64,000 nucleotides of DNA from the NCBI GenBank assembly GCA_022567555.1, contig JADFGT010000001.1, positions 5,131 to 69,130 on the forward strand, given 5' to 3'. A program made the translations under genes and the position numbers. Numbering within the stretch: position 1 is the stretch's first letter; every line of letters starts with the position of its first letter. This document shows, piece after piece, positions 46,168 through 56,669 of the stretch. The stretch comes from Armatimonadota bacterium. Its GTDB lineage: Bacteria; Armatimonadota; Fimbriimonadia; Fimbriimonadales; ATM1. Under the pieces are notes generated by a model. That model worked only from the letters and a program-made list of their open reading frames with translations, did not search any database and was not told the origin of the DNA.

Positions 46168-47397
46168 ATGGAATCCATCGCCGCGATTGACATCGGCAGC
46201 ACAAAGGCGGCCACGGTGCTGGTGGACGTAGACGCCAGGCTCAACACGCGCGTCGTGGCCGTGGGCACCTCGGATTGCCGGGGGCTGAAGCGCGGAACCG
46301 TCGTAGATATCGAAGAGACGGCCCAAGCCGTTGTCAGCTCGGTTCGACGCGGCGAGCAGATGGCGAACCGCAAAATAGGGCACGTCATCCTCTCGGTGAG
46401 CGGAGACCACATCTCAGGCCAGAACAGCCAGGGCATCGTCCCGATCGTTCCCCCTGCCCGCGCCATCACCCGCGAGGACGTGAACCGGGTGATCAACCAC
46501 AGCAAGCAGATTGTCTTGGCGCCCGACCGCGAACTCATCCATGCAATTCCGCGCAGTTTCAGGGTGGATGGACAGGACGGCGTGTCCCGGCCCGTGGGGA
46601 TGAGTGGCGATCGCCTCGAGGTAAGCACTCACCTCGTGACCGGCCAGGCGACGCACCTGCAAAACCTGGAGCGTTGCGTGAACCGCGCCCAGATCGAGGT
46701 GGACCATGTGGTTCTGAGTTCGCTCGCCTGTGGCCTGGCCACGCTCTCGCGAGACGAGATGGAGGCCGGGATCGCCGTTGTGGACATAGGCGGCGGGACA
46801 ACGGACGTTGCGGTTTACACAGACGGGAACATCGCGTACACCGGAGTCGTGCCCATAGCCGGCGCACACATAACATCCGACGTCAGCAAACTGCTGAAGA
46901 CGACCCCCGAAGAAGCTGAGCGACTGAAACTTGCCTCCGGTTCCTGCTCGCCGGAGAATGAGGACAAGGACGCGGTCGTCGCGGTTCGGCAGTCCGGCGC
47001 CGAAGGCGAACGGCCGTTCCCGCGCCGCGTGCTGGCCGAGATCATCGAGGCGCGGATGCGTGAGATACTCATAATGGTTCGGGGATTGGCGGAGAGCTCG
47101 CGCCACCACCGTGTTCTTGCGGCGGGTTACGTGCTCACAGGCGGCGGCAGCAGGTTGTCCGGCCTACTCCCTCTCGCACAGAGGATAATGGGTGACGCGC
47201 CGGTTAGACTGGGTACGCCCTGCGACCTGGGCGGCCTGAGCGACATGGCTTCCGGCCCTGAGTACTCTACGGTGGTGGGGCTGGTCAAATACGGATTGAA
47301 GATGATGGAGGAAGAGACGGTGCAGGCTGAGGCGGGAGATTGGAGACGCCTGTTCCGGGGCATAACCTCCATTTTCGGCCCTAAGACAAAAACCTGA
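46168..47397 (+). CDS. ftsA: Cell division protein FtsA
   Basis: Actin-fold phosphate motifs AIDIGSTK and [14 protein letters not shown]. The C-terminal amphipathic tail reads [13 protein letters not shown]. Confidence 0.95.
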   Translation: MESIAAIDIGSTKAATVLVDVDARLNTRVVAVGTSDCRGLKRGTVVDIEETAQAVVSSVRRGEQMANRKIGHVILSVSGDHISGQNSQGIVPIVPPARAITREDVNRVINHSKQIVLAPDRELIHAIPRSFRVDGQDGVSRPVGMSGDRLEVSTHLVTGQATHLQNLERCVNRAQIEVDHVVLSSLACGLATLSRDEMEAGIAVVDIGGGTTDVAVYTDGNIAYTGVVPIAGAHITSDVSKLLKTTPEEAERLKLASGSCSPENEDKDAVVAVRQSGAEGERPFPRRVLAEIIEARMREILIMVRGLAESSRHHRVLAAGYVLTGGGSRLSGLLPLAQRIMGDAPVRLGTPCDLGGLSDMASGPEYSTVVGLVKYGLKMMEEETVQAEAGDWRRLFRGITSIFGPKTKT

Positions 47398-47420
47398 GTG
47401 ACGCAAGGAGCAACTATCGA

Positions 47421-48674
47421 ATGAAGGTAACGGAAAACGGCGGAGCGCCCCAGGCCGTGATCAAGGTGATCGGAGTGGGCGGCGGGGGCAGCAACGCGGT
47501 CAACCGGATGATCGAGGCCGGCATCCGAGGCGTTGAGTTCGTGGCGATGAACACCGACCTGCAAGTGCTCAACCTATCCTCTGCCAAGACAAAACTCCAG
47601 ATCGGCAACAACCTGACGCGCGGCTTGGGCGCAGGCGGTGTTCCGGAAATCGGCAAGGACGCCGCGGAGGAGAGCCGGAACGAGATTCGCGAAATCCTGA
47701 GCGGTGCGGACATGGTTTTCATCACCGCGGGACTGGGCGGCGGAACAGGAACCGGTGCGTCACCGATTGTCGCGGAACTCGCCAAGGAGATCGGCGCCCT
47801 CACGGTCGCTGTAATCACCAGGCCGTTTGGCTTCGAGGGGGCGAAGCGCGGGCGCGTCGCCGAGCAAGGGATCGCCGAACTGGGGCGTATTGTGGACACC
47901 ATCATCTGCATTCCGAATGACCGTCTGCTGCCGGTCGTGGACAAGCGAACCACGCTCGAAGAGGCGTTCCGAGTGGCTGACGACGTGCTTCGGCAGGGCG
48001 TGCAGGCGATTTCCGACATCATCACAATCCCGGGACAGATAAACGTGGACTTTGCGGACGTTCGCGCGATCATTTCGGAGTCCGGACCTGCGCTTATGGG
48101 CATCGGATACGGAACAGGCGAACACCGCGCCCAGCAGGCGGCACAGAGCGCCGTTTCCAACCCGCTTCTGGAAACGACGATCGAAGGAGCGACTCGGCTG
48201 CTCGTGAACATCACAGCCTCACGCGACATCACGCTCGCCGAAGCGAACGAGGCTATGTCATTCATTCAGGGCCTGGCCGCCGCAGAGGACGCGAACATCA
48301 TCTTCGGCACCGTCCTCGACGATGAATTGGACGGCGAAGTGCGTATCACGGTATTGGCGTCCGGGTTCGCGCCGGGCACCCCGACCGCGAAGAAGGTGGC
48401 CGAGTCGGTGGGCTCTGCCCGGCCTCGTCCGGCTGCCCGGCCCGGCAGTGGAGAGCCGAGAGGCGCGCGTCGAACACCGCGCCCGGAGGGGGAAGAGGCC
48501 AATCCGCCGCCCCGTTCCACGCTGCCGCCCGGGGCCGGCCCGGCGACGGGTGAGGCGCGGCCCGCCAATGCGGAGGCGGCGCCGGATGCGCAGCCTGAAC
48601 TGGTGGAAGAGGACGAACTGGACATCCCGACCTTCATCCGCGAATACCGCATGCGGAAACGGGCGAAAGAGTAG
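47421..48674 (+). CDS. ftsZ: Cell division GTPase FtsZ
   Basis: [13 protein letters not shown] and the tubulin signature [11 protein letters not shown] Pro/Arg-rich linker precedes the conserved C-terminal peptide [11 protein letters not shown]. Confidence 0.97.
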   Translation: MKVTENGGAPQAVIKVIGVGGGGSNAVNRMIEAGIRGVEFVAMNTDLQVLNLSSAKTKLQIGNNLTRGLGAGGVPEIGKDAAEESRNEIREILSGADMVFITAGLGGGTGTGASPIVAELAKEIGALTVAVITRPFGFEGAKRGRVAEQGIAELGRIVDTIICIPNDRLLPVVDKRTTLEEAFRVADDVLRQGVQAISDIITIPGQINVDFADVRAIISESGPALMGIGYGTGEHRAQQAAQSAVSNPLLETTIEGATRLLVNITASRDITLAEANEAMSFIQGLAAAEDANIIFGTVLDDELDGEVRITVLASGFAPGTPTAKKVAESVGSARPRPAARPGSGEPRGARRTPRPEGEEANPPPRSTLPPGAGPATGEARPANAEAAPDAQPELVEEDELDIPTFIREYRMRKRAKE

Positions 48675-48780
48675 GCGTCACCGGAACGTTCGTCATTCTT
48701 CGTTTGTAGTTTGTGGCCGGCGGTCTGGCGTCTACTGTGGCGCTGGGACATCGCCGAACGTCGAACGCCAATAAATCGAA

Positions 48781-51153
48781 TCACCTCGCAATAACCGGCG
48801 GCAGCCGAGGTCCGGAGGGTTTGAACGGCACCGGTATCAGTAGCAGGGCATCAATCGCCACCTGATAGTATGGTGCTCCCGGCCACACGCGAACGGTTAT
48901 CTCGTGCATGCCCGGGCGGAGCAGCAGATTGCCGACTCGGTACCAGGCATAGCCCGGGCCATAACCGGCCTCCGGGTAATCAGGAAGCTGGAGCGTCGCC
49001 CCCCCCCGTACCTCGATTGTCACCGACGAGCGCACCTCTTCGGGAACCCGCGCGGCGATCCATAACTCAGCGTCCTGTACGTCCTGCCTGACTATGAATC
49101 GGTAAGTCGCGTAATAACCGTTGGTGTCCGGTCTCAACGTCGTGTCCAAGACCAGGGACTCCTCGCCTGAGCAGCCGGGCGTCTGTTCCAGATAACCGAA
49201 GTTTGTGGCTTCGGACTTTACACTTTCGCCCTCCACCCAGATGAAAGCGCCCACATCGCGCTGGATCTTGCGCAACTCCTCGACCATCGTTGTAAACGAT
49301 GCGCCGGGGTTCGCCTTGAAGCGTTTGGCGTCGGCCTCATAGTTGAACATGAACTGACTGTCGCCGATGTCCACTCCCTTGCGCTGCGCCTCCTTCACCA
49401 GGGCGCGGTAATCCGCTTTGACGCTGTCGAGCGCGTCCGACGGCACCGGGATCTCATCGGTTCCCATAATGAGAGTCGGCAGCGGGCCGAGCAGCAGCTC
49501 CAGGCTGTCTTTCCTGACCTTCACTTCGACCGGATTCCCGTCGAACGACACGACTGTCGCCTTCTCCGGCTCCTTCATCAACAGTCGCACGCGCACTTCG
49601 CCCTCCGGCCGCCAGATGGCGGTGAAGGTGGCAAAGGGCGCGACGTGCCGGTACGCCTCGTATCGGTCACCTAAATCCAGCCGGTTGCCGGCCGCCGGAG
49701 TGGGCAGCCACCAAGTGCCTCCGGGCAGGCGCATCGTGTTCGCCGGGTGCCTGGCGTTCTCCGGGTAGAAGAGCGCCCGAAGGGAACGGACGGCGAGCGA
49801 GGCGTCACGCTCCATTTCGGCGGCGATTCTCGGAAGCCATTCCGTTTCCGGGCCGCCTGTCCATCGCACGAACCACCCTTTGGCACCCAACTCCACGGTG
49901 TCCAGAATCGCGGACCGCAGATACCTCTCCTCGGGATACGGTCCACCGTCCTCCGACGCAGCCAGGTCCGTCGCGAGAAGCCATCCTTTGTGACCCCACG
50001 AGAGCATAGTGCTGGCGGCGTACGCAGCGTATTTTTCCGTCGGCTGAAGGCCGGTGCCCACGGCAGTCATGCCCAAGCCGTCGCCGCTCGGCTCTGCGGA
50101 GCCGTAGACAGGCGACCAGCCTTTCCATTCGTATACTACGGGGACGTTCAATACCCTGCGGATGGAGGCCGCCAGCCGGCGCGTGCGCCGGGAAGCGGCG
50201 TTCTCAATTACGGTCTGAACGTCCGACCAATACGCTGAGCGGCTCCTGTCTACCGGGATGAAGATGTCGTTCTGTGGGTCCCACAGCCGGTCGAGACCCC
50301 GCGAATGTGAGAAGAGCGCCACGAGGCGGGCCGCAGCCTCGAACGAGTCAATCAGGGCCACCCGCATCCGCCAGGCCGTTGTCAAACGGTCCACGTTGCG
50401 GTACTTCGTTTCCAGATAGGCCCGGAACTCGAGACGAAACAGCTCGGAGTCCGGAACAAGTCCGCCCCGCGCCGGAGTCCACTGCTCCACCCGTCCGAGC
50501 GGGTTCACTATGCCGCGCAGGCCGGGCCCGAACGGCGCGTCGCGCAAACGGCCCAGCAGCTCGTCTCGGCGGGCGTCGAACCGCTCCCAGTAGTCGGTCA
50601 TTTCGCTCCGGATGAGCCGTGGGTACACCAGAAGGAGGTAGCCACGGCTCGCGTAACGCACGTTCAGCCGGACTGTAGCGACGCCGTCAATTACGTCCGT
50701 CCAGCCCTTGTCGGCGATCGAAAAGTTTTGATTTGTCAGGAGCAAGTAGTAGACGCTCCTGCCGCCCGGCAGCGGGATGCGGTATTCGCCGTCCTTCTCT
50801 GCATTCTGAATCCGATAACTCTGCGGACGAATCAGGAAGGCGGGGGCTCGCGGGGCCGGTTCGTTAGGGGTTACCAGGTAGCGCAGCCCTGCGGATTCGG
50901 CGGCTTCTATCGCCGGGTCCCAACCGTTAGGCGGAAGTTCCAGCAACGCGTCCTTCAGCCCGGTCTGCGCGGCGCGGCGGATGACGTCCGGGTCGCCCTG
51001 TAGGCGCCACCCGACGGGGAGATAGGGAGCGCCGTTCCACACAAGCGTACGGTGCCCATTCACTATCCAGTCCGCGCCATCATAAGAGCCGGAAGGCTGC
51101 GCTGCAAGGCCGGCGGCCAGACAGAACGCGGCGAGGAGCATCGGAATACGCAC
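48781..51153 (-). CDS. Large hypothetical secreted protein
   Basis: 790 aa. GTG start. Signal peptide MRIPMLLAAFCLAAGLAAQ. No family was recognised from sequence alone. Confidence 0.7.
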   Translation of the reverse strand: MRIPMLLAAFCLAAGLAAQPSGSYDGADWIVNGHRTLVWNGAPYLPVGWRLQGDPDVIRRAAQTGLKDALLELPPNGWDPAIEAAESAGLRYLVTPNEPAPRAPAFLIRPQSYRIQNAEKDGEYRIPLPGGRSVYYLLLTNQNFSIADKGWTDVIDGVATVRLNVRYASRGYLLLVYPRLIRSEMTDYWERFDARRDELLGRLRDAPFGPGLRGIVNPLGRVEQWTPARGGLVPDSELFRLEFRAYLETKYRNVDRLTTAWRMRVALIDSFEAAARLVALFSHSRGLDRLWDPQNDIFIPVDRSRSAYWSDVQTVIENAASRRTRRLAASIRRVLNVPVVYEWKGWSPVYGSAEPSGDGLGMTAVGTGLQPTEKYAAYAASTMLSWGHKGWLLATDLAASEDGGPYPEERYLRSAILDTVELGAKGWFVRWTGGPETEWLPRIAAEMERDASLAVRSLRALFYPENARHPANTMRLPGGTWWLPTPAAGNRLDLGDRYEAYRHVAPFATFTAIWRPEGEVRVRLLMKEPEKATVVSFDGNPVEVKVRKDSLELLLGPLPTLIMGTDEIPVPSDALDSVKADYRALVKEAQRKGVDIGDSQFMFNYEADAKRFKANPGASFTTMVEELRKIQRDVGAFIWVEGESVKSEATNFGYLEQTPGCSGEESLVLDTTLRPDTNGYYATYRFIVRQDVQDAELWIAARVPEEVRSSVTIEVRGGATLQLPDYPEAGYGPGYAWYRVGNLLLRPGMHEITVRVWPGAPYYQVAIDALLLIPVPFKPSGPRLPPVIAR

Positions 51154-51191
51154 GCCCTCTGAGACTACCGCATAGGGCAGGGGGGAGCGCG

Positions 51192-52163
51192 CTACAAGTG
51201 GGCCGGCTTCACGGCGCGGCCGGTCCGGACGCTTTCGATGGCCGCTTCGCAGAGCGCCACGGCCGCCCAGCCGTCCTCCGGCGGGACCGGCGGCGGCGTC
51301 CCGGCATCGACGGCGTCTAGAAACGCTCTGATTTCGCTGTAGTACGGGTCTTCGGCAGGGAACAGGGGGCTCTCGGAGACTGAACCGCCGGCAGTCGTGG
51401 TGCGGAGGGCGGCGGCCAGGCGGCTGTCATGCTCGATAAACCCGTCGCATCCGGAGATCTCGAAGGTCACTCGAAAACCGCCGGGGTCGGCCCACGTTCC
51501 CTCAACGTGCGCCAACGCCCCCGATTCGAGGGTGAGCGTCGCCAGCGCGTAGTCCAACTCCTCGATGCCGGAGAAGGTGAGCGATTGGGCGAAGACGCGC
51601 TCCACCTCCCCGAACGTCCAGCGAATCCAGTCGAAATCGTGGATCATCAGGTCCATCACAACGCCGCCTGAGAACGGGAACTTGCCGAACCAATCCTCCG
51701 AGCCCCTCGGATAGGCCCCGCCCCGCCGCGTCCGGATCGCCGCCGGGACGCCGACGGCGCCTTCCCGCACCAGTTCGCGCGCCCGGCGAAACTCCGGGAA
51801 GTAGCGGACGACTTGGGCGGGCATCACGGGCACGCCGGTCTTATGGCTCAGTTCGACCAGGTCGGCGCATTCGCGGGTCGTGCGGCACATCGGTTTTTCG
51901 CAAAACACAGGCTTGCCGGCGCGAAGCGCCATCGCCGCGTATTCAAAGTGCAGGTGCGTCGGCAGGCAGACGTCCACCACGTCCACCCTCTCTATGAGTT
52001 CTTCTCCTGAGTCGGCCGATATCGCACCGAATCTCTCCGCATACGCGGCAGCCTTTTCCGCGTCGCGTTCGTGGAAATGCAGTTCGGTGTCCGGGATTTT
52101 TAGATAATGGCGCCCGTGGACGCGGCCCATGGCGCCGGTTCCTAAAACTCCGACCTTGCGCAT
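51192..52163 (-). CDS. Gfo/Idh/MocA family oxidoreductase
   Basis: N-terminal Rossmann motif MRKVGVLGTGAMGRVHGRHY and the EKP motif (VFCEKPM). Confidence 0.85.
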   Translation of the reverse strand: MRKVGVLGTGAMGRVHGRHYLKIPDTELHFHERDAEKAAAYAERFGAISADSGEELIERVDVVDVCLPTHLHFEYAAMALRAGKPVFCEKPMCRTTRECADLVELSHKTGVPVMPAQVVRYFPEFRRARELVREGAVGVPAAIRTRRGGAYPRGSEDWFGKFPFSGGVVMDLMIHDFDWIRWTFGEVERVFAQSLTFSGIEELDYALATLTLESGALAHVEGTWADPGGFRVTFEISGCDGFIEHDSRLAAALRTTTAGGSVSESPLFPAEDPYYSEIRAFLDAVDAGTPPPVPPEDGWAAVALCEAAIESVRTGRAVKPAHL

Positions 52164-52170
52164 GCCTTTC

Positions 52171-54000
52171 CTATGATTCGCCTCCCGGCCGCCTCTCTTC
52201 CTGCCAGAGACGCTCGAACTCCGCGACCATGTTCTCTATCACGTCGAACCCGCCTTGCCAGAACTCCGGCCGCTTTAGGTCAACGCCCACCACATCCATC
52301 AGTTCCTGCGGCGACCGTGATCCACCCAACGAAAGCAGCCGGATGAACTTCTCGCCGAATGCGGGTCCCTCCCGCTTCGCCATCTGATAAAGAGAAAGCA
52401 CGAGCAACTCGCCGAAAGAGTACGCGTAAACATAGAATGGGGCGAAGATGAAGTGGCCGACATAACTCCACCAATTGGAGTGCTGGCCGCCAAGTTTTAT
52501 CGAATCGCCGAACATCTCCTGGAGGTGCTCTTGCCAAAGTTCGCCGAAACCTTCGGCAGTCAGTTCCCCGCCCTCGCGCCGCTCCACGTGGCACGCCTGC
52601 TCAAACCGGTACATCGCCGCCTGCCGGAAAACAGTCGCAAAGATGTTTTCAATCTTTTCCGCATACAGCGCAAGCCTGTCGCGTCGCGATGCTTCCTGCA
52701 CAAGGCTGTCGAAAACGAGCATCTCGCCGAACGTGCTCGCCAGTTCCGCCATCGGAAGCGTCGGGTGGAAGTTCAAGTACGTCTGATTGCGCATCAGGCT
52801 CGCGTGCACGCCGTGCCCCAGTTCGTGCGCAAGAGTCATCACGTCGTCCATCTTGTTCATGTAACTCATAAGAACCACCGGGTGTGTGTCCGGCGTATTG
52901 AAACTGCAGAACGCCCCCCCCGTCTTTCCTTTGCGCGGCTCGGCGTCAATCCAGTTTTCAGCAAAGAACTCCGCTGCGGAGGAGGACAGTTCCTCGGAAA
53001 AGCGGCCGAAAGCGTCCAGGACAATGCCCTTCGCGCGGTCGTACTCCACCTTTTCGGCGGTGTCGAAAAGGGGCGCATACCTGTCAATGTGCGTCAGTTC
53101 AGGAAGGCCGAGGACCTCGCGCTTGACGTTATAGAACCGCTCGACCAGCCCATAATTGTCCACGCATTGGCCGACAACCAGGTCCACCGTCTCTTTGTCC
53201 AGTTCGTTCGACAGGTGCCGGCCCTGCTCCGGATAACCGTATCCGCGCAGATCGTCCTCGAGCTTCTTGTCTTGCAGAAGGTTGTTGAAGGTGAAAACAA
53301 GCACCCGCTCCAACTGCGAAAGTCCTTCGGTGAGGGCATCGGCGGCGGCCTGCCTAACGTCGCGCTCCGGCGAACGAAACAGGTCGAGCACCTCCTGAAG
53401 GCTCATCTCCTCCGCTTTCTCCGCGCCCGGACGCAAGAGCGAGAACAGATGATTGGACGTGACCTCTTCAAATAGCCGCACCCAAGCGCGGCTCCCCGTG
53501 TTCGCCGTCTTCTCCAGCAAAACCTCCTCCGCTTCGGAGAGCCGGAACGGCGAGAACGTGCGCGCCTTCTTCACCCAATGGCGATACCTTTCCAAGCCCT
53601 CGTCTTCCAGCAGGCGCGCTGCGGCATCTTCGGAGAGAGCCTGCAACTCCAACTCGAAGAACATCAGTTTCACCTGGATCTCGCTGGTGCGCTCCATCAT
53701 TCTCTGCAGGAAAGCGCCCGACTTCGCGTCCCCCGTATCCGTTGAGAAAAGCAGATTCGCGTAGGTCAGCGGTTTGGACAGGTCGTTTGCTATCGCCTCC
53801 AACTCCCGGACCCCGGCCAGCAGCGTCGCCGCGTCCAGGCCGGGCCTAAGCAGGGCGCCCCGGAACCTCTCGCCGAACCGCCCGGCCCTGTCGTCAAGTT
53901 CGCTCAGGGTCTCTTCGATGCGGGGGTCTTCTATGCCGTCAAACAGCGCGCTCAGGTCCCAGCGGACCTTGGGGTAGGGGATTTGCGTCACCGAACTCAT
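52171..54000 (-). CDS. pepF: M3-family oligoendopeptidase F
   Basis: Zinc motif HELGHGVH with a downstream E (ELASTFGE). The likely start is MSSVTQ at 54000; the ORF track start at 54213 is an Arg-rich extension. Confidence 0.85.
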   Translation of the reverse strand: MSSVTQIPYPKVRWDLSALFDGIEDPRIEETLSELDDRAGRFGERFRGALLRPGLDAATLLAGVRELEAIANDLSKPLTYANLLFSTDTGDAKSGAFLQRMMERTSEIQVKLMFFELELQALSEDAAARLLEDEGLERYRHWVKKARTFSPFRLSEAEEVLLEKTANTGSRAWVRLFEEVTSNHLFSLLRPGAEKAEEMSLQEVLDLFRSPERDVRQAAADALTEGLSQLERVLVFTFNNLLQDKKLEDDLRGYGYPEQGRHLSNELDKETVDLVVGQCVDNYGLVERFYNVKREVLGLPELTHIDRYAPLFDTAEKVEYDRAKGIVLDAFGRFSEELSSSAAEFFAENWIDAEPRKGKTGGAFCSFNTPDTHPVVLMSYMNKMDDVMTLAHELGHGVHASLMRNQTYLNFHPTLPMAELASTFGEMLVFDSLVQEASRRDRLALYAEKIENIFATVFRQAAMYRFEQACHVERREGGELTAEGFGELWQEHLQEMFGDSIKLGGQHSNWWSYVGHFIFAPFYVYAYSFGELLVLSLYQMAKREGPAFGEKFIRLLSLGGSRSPQELMDVVGVDLKRPEFWQGGFDVIENMVAEFERLWQEERRPGGES

Positions 54001-54331
54001 GCGCCGGATTATACGGCCTTTTCCCTTGCGTCGCCCTCCCCCTTCTGCGCGCAGCCACCACCGAGTGGAACGGTGGTGGCATAAACACGGCATGTTCTTT
54101 CGCCAAACACGGCATGGGGACCGCCCGCGGGCTGCCCGGTCAATTTGCTGGGTTTTCGGACGAAAGGGCCCCCGGGGATTGCCGGCACTCCTGACCTCGG
54201 CTATAGTGCGCATGTCTTCTGGTTTCGCCGCCTCTGGGCGGCGAGGCGGGCAGGCGACTCTGAAGGCCGGTCCGCGCCGACTGCGGGCTTGGCTACATGA
54301 GATAACGACTGTTGCAAAAGGGAGGAGGAAA

Positions 54332-55192
54332 ATGATGAAAAGGACGATGATGGCAATTGTGGTGGGCGCATTCTTGCTGCCGACCGCAAACGCACAAACG
54401 GTAATATACGCCTATGACAATCTCACCGGTACGAATCGCCTGATCAGATTCGGTGTATCGACGCCGGGTGATGTGACAGTCATCGGCAGCTCAACTATCA
54501 ACGGTTGCCTGTTTAGCGCATTGGACTACGCCGGAGTCTCCGGCGGCCTGTATGCCTATTGTCAAGAAGGCTCACCTGGGCTCTATAGCGTGGACCCCGA
54601 CACTGGCCAGGCGACGTTCATAGGCGGTGGAGGCACGGGCACACATATCATCACGGACTTTTCGTGGAACCGAGAGAAGATCAAGATGCTCGGGCTCGCC
54701 TTTGGAGAAGGCCTCAACTACATATACAGGGTAAACTTGGAGACCGGCATGGCCTCCTTGATCGGAAACATCACGGGTATGACGCCCGGCGCTGTGGCGG
54801 TGGGCCTGTCGGCCGATGCGGCCGGCATACTCTACGTTCAAGACCTCCTGACCGACCAGATGTACAAACTGGGTGGTGACAGCGGTCTTGAGGCGACTCT
54901 GCTCGGCCCGATTGGTCCCGACACCAGCTTCAGCCAAGGGATGACGATCGATTGGTCACGCGATGGCACGTGGTATCTCGGGGCGGTTACCGTCGACACG
55001 GGCAACGAAGCAAAGCTGTACACGATCGACCTGGTCACCGGCGCTGGGACACTGGTGGGATACATCGGCCCTGGGCCGCTCTCTTTCGAGACAGGTGACA
55101 TCGCTATCCAGCCTGTCCCCGAGCCCGCCAGCATGCTGGCGCTAGGCGCTGGCCTTGCGGCCCTGGTCGCGCGGAAGCGCAGGAGGGCGTAA
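54332..55192 (+). CDS. PEP-CTERM sorting-domain secreted protein
   Basis: ATG is preceded by GGGAGGAGG. Signal peptide MMKRTMMAIVVGAFLLPTANAQ. The C-terminus PVPEPASMLALGAGLAALVARKRRRA carries the PEP motif, a TM segment and a basic tail. Confidence 0.85.
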   Translation: MMKRTMMAIVVGAFLLPTANAQTVIYAYDNLTGTNRLIRFGVSTPGDVTVIGSSTINGCLFSALDYAGVSGGLYAYCQEGSPGLYSVDPDTGQATFIGGGGTGTHIITDFSWNREKIKMLGLAFGEGLNYIYRVNLETGMASLIGNITGMTPGAVAVGLSADAAGILYVQDLLTDQMYKLGGDSGLEATLLGPIGPDTSFSQGMTIDWSRDGTWYLGAVTVDTGNEAKLYTIDLVTGAGTLVGYIGPGPLSFETGDIAIQPVPEPASMLALGAGLAALVARKRRRA

Positions 55193-55202
55193 CCGGGAAG
55201 AG

Positions 55203-55236
55203 TATGGAGTGCGACACTTCAGTGCCGCACTCCATA
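55203..55236. terminator. Stem-loop after the PEP-CTERM gene
   Basis: TATGGAGTGCG (55203-55213) pairs with CGCACTCCATA (55226-55236), a perfect 11-bp stem. There is no clear T-tract. Confidence 0.4.
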
Positions 55237-55296
55237 GCGTTGCGGTCAACACGGCACAACAGCCTCGTTGCAAGGCGGTTCCGCGACAAGAGGGGT

Positions 55297-55372
55297 TGGC
55301 GCCCTCGGAGGGATTCGAACCCCCGACACCCGCCTTAGGAGAGCGGTGCTCTGTCCCCTGAGCTACGAGGGC
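55297..55372 (-). tRNA. tRNA-Arg (anticodon CCT), CCA encoded
   Basis: Manual cloverleaf: GCCCTCG TA GCTC AGGGGACA GAGC A CCGCT CTCCTAA GGCGG GTGTC GGGGG TTCGAAT CCCTC CGAGGGC G CCA. Total length is 76 nt. Confidence 0.9.
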
Positions 55373-55373
55373 G

Positions 55374-56669
55374 TCAATCGAGGATACCTGCGGCGCGGAG
55401 CGTGTGTTCAACGTGCCGGAGGTGGTGGTTCAGGTCGAAAGCCTTCTCTATCTCCTCTTGAGAAAGGAGCGAGTTCACGTCCGGGTCGGCGGCGGCGCAC
55501 GTCTGGAAGTCTTCGCCTTCCCATGCGCGGGCGGCGTTTCTTTGCGCCACATTGTAAGCCTCGTCGCGCGACATTCCCTTTTGAATCAGCGCCGCCATCA
55601 GGTGCTCGCTGAAGACCAGGCCGCCCATCCTGCGGAGGTTCTCCAGCATCCGCTCCGGGAAGACGCGCAGGCCGCGCAGGACCCCCGCGAGCCGCTGAAG
55701 CATGAAGTCAATCAGGTGGAACGTGTCGGGGAAGACGATGCGCTCGACGCTCGAATTGGTCAGGTCGCGCTCGTGCCAGGTAGAGACCGATTCGAGGGCG
55801 GCGGCGGCGTTGCCCCGCACGACCCGCGCCAGGCCGCAGACGGTCTCGCTGTGCCACGGGTTGCGCTTGTGGGGCATGGCGCTGCTGCCGGTTTGGCCCG
55901 GGGCGAACTCCTCCTGGACCTCCAGTATCTCGGTCCGCTGGAGGTTTCGCAGTTCGGTGGCGAACCGTTCGAGGGTCCCGGCCAGCGTCGCGAGCGCGTT
56001 CATCAGGTTGGCATAACGGTCGCGGGCGACTATCTGGGTGGGCGCGGGGTCTGGGCGGAGGTCCAGTAGGCGGCAGGCCTCCTCCTCCACGTCGGGCCCG
56101 ACTATCCCGTGCACGCCGACCGCGCCGGCGACCTTGCCGACCGAGACCTCTTCGCGGCAGGCTTGCAGGCGGCCGTCGGCGCGGCGCAGTTCGGCGAACC
56201 ATCCAGCGAGTTTGAAGCCGAACGTTATCGGCTCGGCGTGGACGCCGTGTGTGCGGCCTATCATCGGCGTGTGTGCATGCTCCACCGCCAGGCGCTTGAC
56301 CTCATCGGACAGGTCTGAGAGCGAGGACCGGACCTGGTCCACGGAGCGGCGCAGCATCAGGGCGAGCGCCGTGTCAATGACGTCGTAAGAGGTGACACCG
56401 AAGTGAACGTACCGGCCCTCGTCGCCGACCGTTTCGGCCACGTTGCGCACGAACGCCATCAGGTCGTGGCGGGTCTCCTTCTCCAGTTCGGCCATCCTGT
56501 CGAGGTCGAAACCGGCTTTCTCGGCTATCGTCTCCGCGGCCTCTCTGGGGATCCGTCCGGCCTTGGCGTTGGCGCGGCAGACCGCGACCTCCACCGAGAG
56601 CCAGGCCTCTGCCCTGGCGCTCGGACTCCAGATCGCAGCCATCTGCGGCGTTTGGTACCGGGCGATCAA
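55374..56669 (-). CDS. purB: Adenylosuccinate lyase
   Basis: TTG at 56669 gives (M)IARYQTPQMAAIW, the canonical PurB N-terminus, and a length of 431 aa. The fumarate-lyase signature GSSAMPHKRNP is present. The ORF track start at 56813 overlaps the upstream gene. Confidence 0.9.
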   Translation of the reverse strand: MIARYQTPQMAAIWSPSARAEAWLSVEVAVCRANAKAGRIPREAAETIAEKAGFDLDRMAELEKETRHDLMAFVRNVAETVGDEGRYVHFGVTSYDVIDTALALMLRRSVDQVRSSLSDLSDEVKRLAVEHAHTPMIGRTHGVHAEPITFGFKLAGWFAELRRADGRLQACREEVSVGKVAGAVGVHGIVGPDVEEEACRLLDLRPDPAPTQIVARDRYANLMNALATLAGTLERFATELRNLQRTEILEVQEEFAPGQTGSSAMPHKRNPWHSETVCGLARVVRGNAAAALESVSTWHERDLTNSSVERIVFPDTFHLIDFMLQRLAGVLRGLRVFPERMLENLRRMGGLVFSEHLMAALIQKGMSRDEAYNVAQRNAARAWEGEDFQTCAAADPDVNSLLSQEEIEKAFDLNHHLRHVEHTLRAAGILD

